A DNA stretch of 64,000 nucleotides, from NCBI RefSeq assembly GCF_964204645.1, contig NC_134026.1, positions 248,001 through 312,000 on the forward strand, given 5' to 3'. The notes under the pieces are model-generated. The model worked only from the letters and a program-made list of their open reading frames with translations, was not told the DNA's origin and ran no database searches. The stretch is from Tubulanus polymorphus (lineage: Eukaryota; Animalia; Nemertea). The translations under genes and the position numbers were made by a program. Below are positions 1-13,782 of the stretch, in pieces (positions within the stretch are counted from its first letter, which is position 1; every line of letters starts with the position of its first letter).

Positions 1-3000
1 ATTTCATTTACTCGAATTTCTGTCTCTGATTAATCAACAGTTGGCAGCAAATTCGTCAGATTTCGCGTCCTCGAATAATGAACATCATTTATTGTGGCGC
101 GATATCCGCGGATTACTATAGACGACACTAATCAACGCCGAGACTTAGCGAGAGATTAATGATCGCGATCATATATAGAATACGAGCCTACCGTGAAAAA
201 TAAAGGATTCGAACCCAAACATTCCAATCAACGGATTAATGACGTTACGTCATAACAACGTTGATAAGCTGTATTCTTACGCTGGGGGATAATCGACGTA
301 GTTTTTACCGCCGCGATAAGAAAATTCCAAGAAAAAAAAACAGCCACGAAAATTAGAGTACGCATAGTGTATATGAGAAAAAAACATCAACCAATAAAGT
401 TAAACCGGCGACCGACTGGGGAAACAAGAGGAATTCAAATACACTCAATTTTATACAAATAATGGACGGCAAATAATGTGAAATGGCGAATCAATATTTT
501 ACTCTTCGCTGTCAGCTGCGAAGTAGACCTTTTATGTTGAAAGTAAAGAAAATAACCAATAAGTAATATGGTCTTGCACACGCCTACTTAGGTTCATATC
601 TGTAAATATCTTATTTCTGAAAAATATCATTTCGCTGATTGATTTTCTGTATATTTCATGTCATTTCGGAATTGCACGCACGATTTGCTTTTTTTATTAT
701 TACTTCGCGTATGTTTCAGCCACTTATGCGGACAACTTTCCATTAGTTACGGTTTTTGTCGAATAACAAGCAAATAGTTCAATCTATTGAGTAGGCGGCG
801 TGACGTGTCATTTCATCGAAAACATTATGATTGAGTAAAAGTTTCTACAGTTGTGAAGATCAAAGTTCATTCCCAAATATTTAAAACATGGGGTTTACTA
901 CGTCCGTGTGAACCGAGTCAAAATAATCCTGCCGTTCCCTAGTTGTGACTCGAGTTTCAATCACAAATTTAGCCCGGCCAAAAAAGGCTCGCGTGGATCG
1001 CGGATTACGATAGATATTTCCATGAGAATCATGTGTTCAGTGTTTGTTGTCTGTGGTTCAGTGTTAATAGTCGATACCCAGTAACAACCGGTAACAACCG
1101 GTAACAGCCGGTCGCGCATTCTACATTTGCATTTTTCATCAAATCGTCGTTGATTATTATTGACAGTATAAACCGTTACGACTTTAGATCGCAGCTGAAT
1201 TGAGGAAACCCGAACGAGTGCGCGTGCGCGTAAACCGACGCCGGAATTAGATGGGAAAGAATCTTATACCCGATTCTTTAAGCCATTGACACGTGAGATG
1301 TGTTTAGAAATATATCGTGTTTGTATAGTTTCAAAATGAGAAATAAATTGTTTTTTAGATGAACGATATGATCATGAGGTTTTAGATGAACGATATATGA
1401 TCATGACTGTATGATTACGCATTCGTTCAACTAATTTGCTACCTGTTTCTAATCTATGATATTCCGGTCCAATGATAGCCAGTTAGTTGTGACATTCAAT
1501 TCGATTTAAAAAGTGGTTTCCTACATTTTTAAAGTGGTTTCCTTCCTTCGTAAAACCTTTCCGTATTATTAGATACACATCTTCGGGCTGGAAAAAGAAA
1601 CAAAGTAATTTCTTCTCATAACCATTATATAACAGCCAATCCGTTCTAACATCATCTTTCAATCTGAAAGAAAGTTCTGTAATCTAAAATGTCTATCAGC
1701 TATTATATCTGCATTGAAATGAAAGACGAATCTGGTACAATTTTTTTTTCTCCTCGTGAAATAAATAATAGAAATGTTTTGCTTCGAGTATTGTTTGTTT
1801 TTTACGTAGTTACAAATGATGTCGTTGACATCAAAGTCTGTCAGTACATGTAGCACTATTGATTGTGACGATAGAACGCCAGACACGGAGTCCACGTTCG
1901 CTTCATTTCACCTGAGCTTGTATTCTCCACGGCTACGGCATTTCTAGGACATAATGTTACCGGTGTCCGGTCATTGCAGAACCATACGCCTGATTACTGG
2001 CAACTATCGGGTCGTTGCATTTGCCGCTATCATGTTTAATGCATTTTTTGTAGATGATTATGTCAGTGGTATATCCTCGTCCACGCGCCAGATTTACCCC
2101 CACGGCGAGAATATCATACATTGATTCGCGCAGCTGTGCTTCAATTTGCCAATCAAATCAGTCTGTACACGGACCACATGAGGCGGCGTCGACTAATTGC
2201 TGTTGGAATGAACGCTAACTCTCTGACAACAGAGAACTTTATTTTTTTCTAAATAAAAGCTTAATTGCACTTCTTAAAGTAAAACTGCTTGTCTTTGTCT
2301 GTCTCAGTCTCGAGTGGCTGTGGATGCGATTCTAGTCTAGAGTTACAGTTGAAAAGACTTAGAACAGTTGAAATAATCCAGTATTGGCAATAACTGCGAA
2401 TATGAATGAGAAATTGAGGTGTAATTTGAGTTTTCAGAAGCAATCCTGAAATTTAAGGAAAAAAAGTATGTTGACATCACGTATAGGACATTAACTGCTC
2501 GCAAAGCATGATGCGACCGATGTGAAAAGCTATAATTACGGTGTTCGTCTATCGCGCGCGGAGTCCATTTAGTTTCCTGTCTCACACGAAATCATATACT
2601 TCATAATTTCACGACGCCGTTTCTGCACTTGTCAGTTTCATCATTTGTCGGAAATCTCACCACAATTAGCATTTACTCCGTTTTCTGCTTATTCTACTAA
2701 TAACAACACGGTTTTTTTTTTCGGTTGACAGTTTAATTCAAACGACGCCAGACGCTTTTAACAGTTTTTTCTTAACGCTTTAAGTTTGAATTTAAATCTC
2801 TCTTAATCCGAACGAGTGAAAGAAATCCACCCCACGCTATAACCTACTTTAACGACGCCCAAGCATTATTGAGTTTTTGACATTTTGAATAGAAGTTGAA
2901 CCATTTTAATCCGTTGGGCCCAAACCAGACTAATTTTTTTCGCATAATGATTGAATTGAATTTCATTTACATTCACTAGATCCAGTTAACAAACTATAGC

Positions 3001-3056
3001 AACTAGTAACATACACAATATATCAATTAAACTAGAGTATAAACAATAAATGACGT

Positions 3057-3251
3057 AATAGAACGATAACCACACTCAAACGTGGTGAACGGATAATAAG
3101 ATAAAATCCCACTATTTACAGATTAAAAGAATTTAAAAACCAGAATTTATTTATTCAATCAAAAATATTTAAAAGACACGACGTTTCGATCTCACCCTAG
3201 AGATCATCGTCTAAATTCTTTTAATCTGTAAATAGTGGGATTTTATCTTAA
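3057..3251. mobile_element. Penelope-like (PLE) non-autonomous fold-back relic, copy 1, with truncated hammerhead core on the minus strand
   Basis: Inverted repeat AATAAGATAAAATCCCACTATTTACAGATTAAAAGAATTTA / TAAATTCTTTTAATCTGTAAATAGTGGGATTTTATCTTA. Internal GACGTTTCGATCTCACCCTAGAGATCATCGTC. Closely similar to 39883-40097. Confidence 0.55.
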
Positions 3252-4470
3252 TAAATGAGGTTATGATGTGACAGGCAGTATAATGAAGGATGGCCCCAGT
3301 AAGTTGGAGGTATACAGTGCCCTAATCGTAATAAACTCATTTTCTAGGAATGGAAATACACTTGACGCGCGTTCTATCCCGCGGCACTGCGATGATTCCA
3401 CAGTAAAATGGTCACTGATTGATATAAAGTTATACGGGGAAAATTCTGGTAGAAATGATTTAAGGATTTGCGTCGTTTTTTCTGTAGTAAAATATGCGGG
3501 CGCTGATTCTATTGGATACTCTGTTCGATGTCCTCTGATCGTGTATATATATATGTATATCTTACCGCGGTTATAAATGATATTGATAACTTCGAGCGCC
3601 GTCGTTGAACAAACGGTCTAAGGCCACGCGCGTGAAGATCGATTTCGGGTATTTCTCTTATGATCTTTGCTCGGTTATTCTTTTTTCGTAAACAAAACGG
3701 GCTGCGTTTGATGTATTGGAGAGATGAGAGATGTACACGATGCCGATGCTTGAGGCAAGTGTGACTGTGGTGTGTGTACAAAAGCAAATAGCTGGGCGTA
3801 AGGTCAACTGTGAAGTAAATAGGAAACCAAATTACTCGCGAGTAAACTAGCTGCAAATCAAATCCTGATATACCTGTGCACGCATTTCAAATTCCCAATT
3901 TTTCACTGATATTCCAGTCACGTGACGGACGCAGTTTATTTGCGCAAAAAGAAAATGGGGCGAACATAATATAACTGAATCGTAAAGCGTGGGAGGACAC
4001 GGAAGCGACAAAAATAAAATTTGCAACAAGACGGTCGTCATATTTTTGACGAAGTAAAAGGTCGAATAAACTAGGATCCTGAATTCAAATCACGACGTCT
4101 TAAAGTTATGCAACTTTTTATGAATCTGATTCAGAATATTTCGGATTGTGAGTAGATAATAGCTGGAAAGTGGTCCATTTACAATTCGTGAATAACATCA
4201 GTTCATTGATATCTAGTATTCATATAATATCGTATATAACGTTAAATAAATGGACAAATTTATTGTTCGGAGTTAGAAATATTATTCCTGCAATATGTAT
4301 GTGTCTAGTGTTTCCAGCTAGCAATCCCTTGTTATCAGAGAATCACGTGGTTGAAGGGAGCGCTTGACAATCGGTCACCTGACTGGTTAGCGCACCAAGT
4401 GGTCGCATTAAACACTTACTTTCCAATGTGCTGCTCTCAATGAAGGGTTACCGCGTAGGGTTTGAACGCC

Positions 4471-4616
4471 AGGGGCTGGTGCCATAGTCATAGCTTTGAC
4501 TTAAGACCAGTCTAAGGCTATTTTAGTTCTAAAGCTAATCTAACAGCTTAAGACCACAGTTTTAAGATTTTTAGACCACTTTTGGACTTAAGTCTCGACT
4601 ATGAGACCGGTCCCTC
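4471..4616. mobile_element. MITE (GGGGCCAGTTGCA-type family)
   Basis: Degenerate TIRs around internal CTTAAGACCAGTCTAAG repeats. Reverse-complement similar to 6298-6422; related pieces at ~11013-11200, ~17630-17695 and 61217-61340. Confidence 0.55.
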
Positions 4617-6297
4617 AGTTATCCCAGTTCGGCCTTTACCAGCGGCCAAAGTTTTCTATTGTTCAGATGCTGTTAGAGAAAACTGAAATGAATAACTTCC
4701 CCTGAAAATACACTAACACATTTTGTTATATGTGTTTTCTATGGAATGCTGGAGGAAATGTCTGGCCGCTGATGACCAGTAAAAAGATGTGTTACAACTT
4801 GATATTCATGGCTACTTACTGTGGGACTAAAGAGGGGATTTTGTTAACTGAAGCAATCGTTGCTGCAGTTGATGTAAATTGTAATTTATTACCCAACAAT
4901 ATATCAATGTCAACGTATCTGACCGATCTTATAAGGTCTTGGATAAATTGCTAGACAACATGACCATATATCACTAACCGGTCTGTAATCCCCGCATGAT
5001 GTCGACCACTGTCTTCGTTTGAGGTCAATTTCGCCATAAAATGCTGATTGTTGCCATATCGTTGATTTGCGCGCGCATATTGTTGTTAATGGCCTATATT
5101 TCACGTCAGTACACTGATGCTGCTATTAGGGCACTATTTGTGACAATATGGAAACGCATCCTTACCACGTACAGTTGCTAGAGCGCTGATTGGTCATTTG
5201 AATTTTATACATTCGTTAGAAATGCATCAATTTATCCAGGTTTTCTTTGCCGGTGTCTGTCCGTGGGATCTGTGGGTATCGCGCTAATCTGTCGGTTTCG
5301 GTTTTTTCATCGACAATCTAGTTTTCATTTGATATTGCGGGAATTTCAGTCTATTTTATACTAATCATACTAAATTATGTAAAGCTTCAATAAAATTTTT
5401 GTTTCCAAACTCCGGCACGTGACTCGTCGCAAGTCACTAAAAGATTACGTCATGTTATGTTCGCTCACTTTTTCTTCAATGAATGATTTGGTAAAAAATA
5501 GAAAATATCGTATAAATGGAATTATTATCACGAGAATTCGAGCTGTAAAGCGGGCTCCAGTGAGATGTAACATAATCAGCGTCTTGAAGACGACGTTTCT
5601 GTCCAAAGCGTGAATAGAAATAGATCTACGTATTTCTAAAGACCGACGATGATTAGATGTACAAGAAATCACATCTCATACTGCGAAACCGATTCTCAGG
5701 GGTTATCATGTCTATCAGTGGGAGAACTTATCCAGACTGTCGGTTACAGTCTCCTCTATCGTATGATCCACCTCATCTAACTATCAACGTGGGAATTCGG
5801 TGATTGACATAGTCAAATCAAGCGTTCATTCGTGCTGCGTGAAGTTTATGCAATGTAGGATATCTCCGAGGATATGATCGATTGGTCTTGCCGAATCCGT
5901 GATAAAAGCCAATCTGAATTTTATGAGAAACGATCGCTTGGCATGCGAAGGAAAGCATTCAGCCATCGTCGTTTTCATCTGCGAAAAGACGACCGAGTTG
6001 TCAACAGAAATTGCGATGCTGATCGGCCGGGTTTAATGAAGTGTATTTTCATCAATATGTACCAGATTGACGATGCAGATGCCGTGTCGACGGACTAGAG
6101 CTGCGGTAATTCGAGTCACGTTTACCGCGCACAAAGACCAACCATAAAAACTATCGGTGTTATGTAACCTGTTCAGAATTCTAGTCATTACTTCACTTTC
6201 AGTCTCTTTATCAACTTCGATCTCTTTTAGCGATCAAACTCCGCCCCTAATCTTCGGATATTCGGTCAAATGCTTTTCACGCAACAACTTTTATCTG

Positions 6298-6422
6298 CTG
6301 GGGCCAGTTGCAAAAGTCGTTTTAAATCTTTAGACTGGTCTTAAGTTATTCGTTTGGCTTTAGAACTAAGTTGGTCTTAGGCTGGTCTTAAGTCTAAGCC
6401 ATGACTATGCAACTGGCCCCTG
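6298..6422. mobile_element. MITE with perfect TIR GGGGCCAGTTGCA...TGCAACTGGCCCC flanked by CTG
   Basis: 13-bp TIR and a 3-bp CTG duplication are directly visible; the family recurs in the window. Confidence 0.7.
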
Positions 6423-7170
6423 GTTATAGAGCCTTTTACGAGTGTGTGCTGTATCTTAAGAGCGACCTTGCCATCTACATCTTAGTCCGCCCTTAGATGC
6501 TTTTAAATACATTAATATTTTGAATATAACTTTTTCTCAGATTCTAATGTCTCATCTTTTCCTTTTTGGAAAATAGCGATGAAAATGGGAAGGACTAAAA
6601 AAAACAATTTTTTTTAATTTGATAATATTTGCAGAATTCTGGGAGGTGAATCCGTACTCAAAGGAATTGAAATGTCTTATGGCAATAGATTATCATGATT
6701 ATTATCAACTGCCTCGACACTGAGTCGAATAAAGCCGAATCACCCGCTCTCAATCAAGTCGATTTTACAGTTGATTTGATGGTGCCTAAAACGTGGCTCA
6801 TCAAAACACATCATTACTCTCTAAAGCTAATAGACTTCAACTAATGCTCGAAATTGAATTCGGTTTGTTATCCGCGGCTCCTAAACAAAGTCAAATCTAA
6901 TGAAATAACTAAACCAGCAATCCTAGCGATGAAACAATAAGATTTAAAAGATAAACCTCGCGTTCTTCATTAGAAACACGTTCTTGTTATAGTTCATACA
7001 TGTACAATTTATTAGCAAGCACATCAGGATCATCACGAGAATGGTCCGGGACATATCGCATTATCAATCTCTACATAGCCTACTAAAAAGACGTGTTTCA
7101 TCCCCCGTGAGGGCTCATACAGATGTGAGGTATAAAATACGTATGATCCTGCGGTGAACGAGGTGTCAGC

Positions 7171-7753
7171 TGTAGCGTCTGAAATTCTCGGTGTCAGATT
7201 CTCTTGAAGTTGATTCGCAGTTTGTTGATCGTATCAAATTCTTATCAGAAAGAATCTTACTCGCTAAATATGACCCGGATTTATCCAGAACATCGCGATT
7301 TGAACCCTTGACAATTTCACTGACAAGCGCCTTTCAAAATAGATATTTCGCTTTCAGTTCATATCTGAATATCTGATGTACGAGATGAATCAGATAAACC
7401 TGAAATAGTTTGAAATCTGAACTTGATTAAGGACATAAACGTGTAAATTTGTAACGACGGTAAACTGAATGGGTTACTCCAACACCAGCTATCCCACCAG
7501 AAGGACTGAATGGGTTATTCCGACAATCCCACCAAAAGGCGTGACGAGCACAATATTAGACTGGTTGCCTGTCCCATTCATAGAGACCGGTAACCAGACT
7601 AGCGCAAAATTGGTTACACAGCCTTTGGGCTTTTCTGGGCCGGAATAGAAGCACGTAATGAATTGTTACATTAAATATGTTCATGATTACATTCTTTGCA
7701 AATAAATGTTATTGTATTGTATTGGTTCGGTTTCAGACACCGAAGCCGCTACA
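7171..7753 (+). mobile_element. Candidate solo LTR
   Basis: TGTAGCG...CGCTACA termini with extended imperfect inverted repeat (CGGTGTC/GACACCG), AATAAA ~50 nt before the 3' end, and an internal short duplication. No clear TSD. Confidence 0.35.
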
Positions 7754-8614
7754 GGTTCGAACCCCAGCTATGTAGGATGAAGAAAACTCGATTGAGTCAA
7801 ACGTGTTCAATACACGCGAACGATACAAGCAACGATACGAAACTGTAATAATTTTCCTTTTTTGATTTCATCGTTTCTCAAAATGCTATCGAGTAAACGA
7901 CTGGTGACGGAATATCGCGCTGAACGGAGGCGCTGGCTGTCGGCTGCCGTGAATATTCGATCCTACTCCGTTACATTGGTAATTTGTCACATTTGTAAAT
8001 TGCACGCTGTTCGGCGGGTAATAGATGGTTGGAAGGTTTGATAGTTTTCTATTATCATGAATCGGTCAGGTGTCGACGAACAATTACGGTCGCCTGTTAC
8101 TATATCGATCGACTGTCTCTCCTCGAGTTCATCTTACCCAGCAATGGAATGCGCGTCGGTTGTTATTAGAAGTGTTTCGTCGGTTTTTACTTTCCACTTG
8201 TAGGATCGGAGTGAATGTATTTTAATTCGTTTATCTTATCACCAACACGCGGTGATTGCCTCTTGTGTATTTCGCGATTGGTTTGATTCGATTTGATGAA
8301 TGTTGTTCGCACCGTTTTGATCGATCGTCTGCTGAATTAAGAATGAAAAAAAAGTTTTCACAACGGATAAAGTTCACTGAAACTTCAAACCTACGACTAT
8401 TATATCAATCATTCTTTCAACTAATTCATCATTCACATTTTTAAATGTCTATTAAAGTGTAACATCCCTCGCTGTATCCGGTCCTCTCGCTTGTAACATC
8501 CGACCTATTAGTACTCAATGCCCATCAGTTATATTCATCTATCGTGTCAGAATGCCCAGATTCACCCGGGCGATGAGAAGGGAAAAGTGACACGCGAGAC
8601 AGTGTCACTACCAC

Positions 8615-8684
8615 AGGTCATCTATTAGAGGTCATCTATTAGAGGTCATCTATTAGAGGTAATCTATCAGAGGTCATCTATCAG
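8615..8684. repeat. 14-bp tandem repeat (AGGTCATCTATTAG) x5
   Basis: Directly visible tandem array. Confidence 0.9.
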
Positions 8685-9223
8685 GCCACGTGTATCCAAA
8701 TAATCATGGGCGGACAGCGGGGAATAGTAAGACTGTATCAGCGCTTATCATGGGTAATCCATTGTTCCTGGGTGGAGAGAGGCAAGAACTTTCTCATGCA
8801 CATTTTCCCAAACTGATTGCGTTCATCTTTTTCCACGGCTCAGAACTTCATCGTCAAGATTGAATGGCCTTGTATATATACGACACGTAATCATCATAAC
8901 GTAGTTGCTTTGATTTTGGAAGGTTCGGAAAAGTTCACAAACGAGCTTATGGAATTAATATTCCCTACCGTTACATATTCCTAGCGGCCAACTGACGACC
9001 AGTCGAGATCCTATCAACATCATAAGCTCTGATAGCCAATTTTGCCAGATAGACAAAAATCAATAGATGAACATAGCCCGAAGTTATGTTCGAATTGGCA
9101 ATTTGCTAGTGGCTCGGTGGTTCTTTTTATATCACGGTTTCTTTCGCCACTGATGAGGAGTTTATTTAGTCGTGTATAAACGAAGTAGGTAGGACTCGGC
9201 AAGCACTTATTTAATCTAGTTAG

Positions 9224-9289
9224 CTCTCTCTCCCTCTCCCTCTCTCTCTTTCTCTCCCTCTCTATCTCTCCTCTCTCTCCCTCTCTCTC
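9224..9289. repeat. (CT)n pyrimidine tract
   Basis: Directly visible CT/CCT low-complexity run. Confidence 0.9.
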
Positions 9290-10696
9290 GATATAACTAT
9301 TTCGTAATAACTATCTCGTTACTCTCGACCGGATAAGCACCACTCGGGACGTAGTAAGATTGCCTCTGAGACGCCAGAGCCGCTCGTCGGGAATAGGATT
9401 CGAGTCCGACCGCTGTATGACGGCCGCCTGCTCCGGACATGTAACGACACCTGATGGTGGTTGGATTTCAGCAAGTCATCAGCTCGTTGTGTGCACGGCA
9501 TACACCGTAGGATGGTCTTTGGGTCGAAAAGCTATAAAACGACTAAGGAATAATTTACCTTCTGAATTGAAAATGAGCTATATTTGAATCATATTTATTT
9601 ACGTTGTAATTATGTATTTTTTGTGTATCTAGTGACGTAGAATTTACAGGTTTTTGGCGATAAAGTATCACGTGACAATCTAAGGTCTCGGTTTGATCGG
9701 TAACATTCTCAAATAAAGCGCGTCATTTTCAGCAGCTACTCAATTTAGAATGGATATCACCACCGCGGGTGAGGTTACAACTGGAAATACAGCCGATGCT
9801 ATCTGTTCGCCGAAAGGACATATTATCTACTGGAAAAAAAAACATCAAATATCTCGGTGCCTATTAGACAGGATTATTGTGGAAAATTGAGCATGAACTA
9901 TCATAACATTGCCAGCAGTGAGATAAGAGAATCGCGAGACGACGCGAAAAATTAACGATTATCCCCGAAAAAACATCTACAATAATATGTGATGAAGTTT
10001 TTTATGTTTCGTAAGATTTCGGGCTATTTTCTTTTCCCCGGTGGGAAATCAATTTGCAGAACACGTGACCCAGACTCGTACTGTATGTCCTATAGCGATG
10101 TGAACTTGAGCTGTACCAGGGATCCGACGCTTTCAAAAGCGATCAGATCCGTGTGTTCATTTTTTTGCGACAGCGGCATAGGGACAGTAATTAGAAAGAC
10201 TTCCGGCCTTGACCTACAGCACCACCTGGTGAGACCACCGGTGAGAGTGACTGAAAAAAAGAATCAATTGCTGAAGCGACGACTAGAGTTCCCGAATAAT
10301 CAATGGTTTTCTCTCTATTACAAACAACTCTCCAGAAACATGGAATTACATGAATCTAATCGTGTTTATAACAAATCACCCGAAAGAAGGAAATCACTCG
10401 TAGAATTTATCCTTGTTTCTAGTTTAAAACATCTCGAATGTAACTGAAGAAGACACCGACCCGGGTGAACTATCCGTGAAAATCGATCGGGATACACGGA
10501 TAGAATATCCGTTCAGCTGTCACTAATCTCTTACTAAATTCTCACTACAGCTACAGCCTGACATGTATTACAGTCACCAGTTTGATTCGCCAATTTCCGT
10601 TTTATTTGAAAGGTTTGAGATTTTCGAATGATGCGAAGGAAATGAACTTCCAGACGGGTTACAAGTTGATGTTTATGGAAATTGCTGATAAGTGAA

Positions 10697-10720
10697 CGCC
10701 GCCGCCGCCGCCGCCGCCGC

Positions 10721-10754
<34 letters not shown>

Positions 10755-10755
10755 G
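10697..10755. repeat. Compound trinucleotide microsatellite (GCC)n(GCT)n
   Basis: About 8 GCC followed by about 10 GCT units. Confidence 0.95.
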
Positions 10756-13700
10756 ATGCGACTGTGGTCTGTCGTCTCCACCGTTAAGAAATGTATTATG
10801 AATCAAAACCTGCCTTACCCAGTGTTTTTATGTACTCATCATTTGTTTTCTAAATAAATAAAGATTCGTTTTGGATGAGATGAATTTCAGACACAGTTTT
10901 CGTATTAGATGATTACGTCATATAGTCGTCACTTTCGGTTTGTCCCCGTGGTGTTAATTACATCGTGGCATTTATAGATACAATTTTAATGATCTAATTA
11001 AAATTAACTCTTAGGGCCCGTTCCTCGATCTACGATCAGTTCAAGCTCAGTTCGGTTCTATAATTAATCTAACAAATTACGACCAGTCTAAGTCCCATCT
11101 TCGCTCTTAACTTCAGACCATCTTTTTCCTAAAGCCAATCTATGAGTTACTTTGATTTAATGCCACTCTCAAACTACACAGGCCATAGTTGTGTGACTGG
11201 ACACTGATGTTTTTTGCTTCGTTAGTTAGCCGATATCTCTTTGTCAAGCGAGATCAATTTCATCCCAAGTGTAGATACAGCTAGACGAATATAAAGGTGA
11301 ACGTTCATTCCGTTAACAGATCTATCGCCGAAATGTCATTTCCAGGCGTTTCGATTGCTCTCTGCCGGAAAGCTAAATGGTCATTCAACGAACAGAGAAC
11401 GTCAGAAATAACCTGTAGGTTTCATTTATCCAGAAATCATGAACACTTTCAGAAACTATTGTCTTATTATCAGGTTATATCTACGTATCAACCGTAGGAA
11501 TCACAGGACATTCAACTTCAGCATTGCGCCTCGTAGAAATGGTTACTACTTTTAGTCAACGATATTTTTCGATATCGAAACTAAGAAATAACCCGAGTTA
11601 AATGAAGACTATTTTTCATTCTAAAACATATTGCACCAAGAACGATTATATACAATCATACGAACGTGCTTTCCGGATTTTTCAAGGGCTCTTATATTAT
11701 TTACGTTGATTGACGAAATCATCACGGGAATCAAATTCTTCGAGTAACAAGTAGAATTCTTGTAAAAGAATTGGACAGCTAAGAAGCGCAACATCGGCAA
11801 ATGGACTGCAGTCGGTGACAGCAATTTTCTCGAGAGATTTAAGCGCAGTAGAAATCATCCTCGTAGACCTGTTTTAATGGTCGTTCAGAGATAAAAAAGA
11901 ACTCAACCCATAAAACTTGGCCATAAAATATTCAAATGTTTCGAAATTATATCCATCAACACTGGTTACTACATTTATAAATGATATATCAACTATTAAA
12001 CTTTATTTCATCATAAATATACAATACGTGTATATATAAACCGCATTCACAGTGCGTAAGAACATTCAGATTTGGCCCCGTCCAAAACGAACCAAGAGTT
12101 CACACTTGCAAAAAGGTTCGTTCAAAATTGGTCTATTCTATTCATTCCGACCAAAAAGACCGATCCAAATCCGATCTTTCATAACGAACCATTTCCTAGA
12201 AACTTTGCTATTAGTTTTGCGTCTAGCATGGACGAGTGATCGGACAGCATTGACTTGGTCTGTTCCGGGTACGGATGGATTTAGAACAGACTAACCTCAG
12301 CTATAGTGCCTTTTTAATCACACGCATTTTCCATAAAAGTAATCGTTAATTCATTACAGTAAATTAGTTTTATATAAGCATTAAGCAGGCATAAGTATTC
12401 CAGCGAGTTGATTGGTATTTAGCGCCGGCTTCGATTGCTATCCGTGTCAAATAGTTGACCATCGTTTCGATCTACGTATCTGTATATATGTCGAAAACTA
12501 GTGATTGACATCTGGAAATTGAGAGCTTTTCCTCAATTGACGCTTCAAGAAGAATATCTTTGCGATGATTGATCGAGACTATGTTAAGGTTCTCTCGTAC
12601 GGTCGAACTTGTATACGTCGCATTTAGTTGGCGTTTTTTCAGCTCGAAACCGATCAATCATTGAAACTGTATATGATAGCGTGTAAATCTCGCTGGCCAA
12701 AAGAAACATTAGCTGATAAGACGTTTGCGTGCCTACCGGTACAGGTCATCGCCGAGGTATCCTCGCTGACGTATCGATGATAATTCACGCTCTGAGTCGC
12801 GTTGATCTACAGTTTCATGCAGATGACAGAAACGCGGAGTTCTATAAATTAAAAATATTTAAGCCGGTAATAGGAAGAGACGTTGTCACGAACCGGATTA
12901 GAAAGTCATCGGCGTTGCTTTAAGTCGGGTGTTAGATCCGATCTGCCTCGCCGTAAAGTATGATAAATTAACGCCTGTCATTCAGTTATAATACGTTTTA
13001 CATAACGCGCCGAGCCATCAATTAGATTTCTAATAAACAGAGACTCTATCGAACTACGACCATCGAGGTTCGTGTAAGACCTCTCCCCCTTAATCGAAAA
13101 ACAGAAACAACCTCGAATGGCGTTCAGGCCGAGTCAACTGAGATTGTACACATGGAGTCGGATCCGACCCCCGGAACTACTCCGAACATATCGAATAAGA
13201 TTTAAACATATTTTCTATTAGTCCACTATCACCGTGTATTCGTAATGATGATTGAATTTTCGATGTGATTTGCAAACTTTTTCTGCGTTTCTCCCATCAT
13301 TTCAATGCAATACAACAACAATATTCATTCCATTATTTTTTCTGCAGTACTTTCTAGACTTTAAACGATAAAAATATTAAATTCATAGAAAAATATCATT
13401 CTTCTATTTTTCCCTGTTCCGTCGCATTACGAGTCGTCTGCTTTTAGTCTTCAACTTTGCCCATCCCCTGTCCAATATTTCCTTCAAAAAATCCGTACTC
13501 CGAGTAGTCAAGAAAGGCCCGGGGAAGAAAATGAAATGGAGATATAATGAGCGCCCATTTCACGAGTCTAGACTGATAAATCATCATCATTTCTCGTCTG
13601 AAGTTAGTTTTCTAATTATAGCAACTGTGAAGCAGCCGAAACTCTAGATCGCACGCGGCGACGACGGCAAAAATTTACCATCTGTCAAAGCGCGTTATCT

Positions 13701-13782
13701 TTTCTGCTATTTACAATTTAACATCACCGAATATACGATATACGAGATACGAGATTCAACATACGAGATACGATTTCTCTTT

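Noticed and set aside
9989-10447. 152-aa ORF and other 60-130 aa ORFs in intergenic DNA or antisense to genes
   Set aside because: No domain similarity, often non-ATG starts, and no consistent splice structure; expected by chance.
10534-10806. PolyQ/polyR 90-aa ORF
   Set aside because: Non-ATG start, produced by the microsatellite, and no splice or homology support.
12254-12294. Hairpin TTGGTCTGTTC...GAACAGACTAA as a pre-miRNA
   Set aside because: Too short (~40 nt) and no match to conserved bilaterian miRNAs I can recall.
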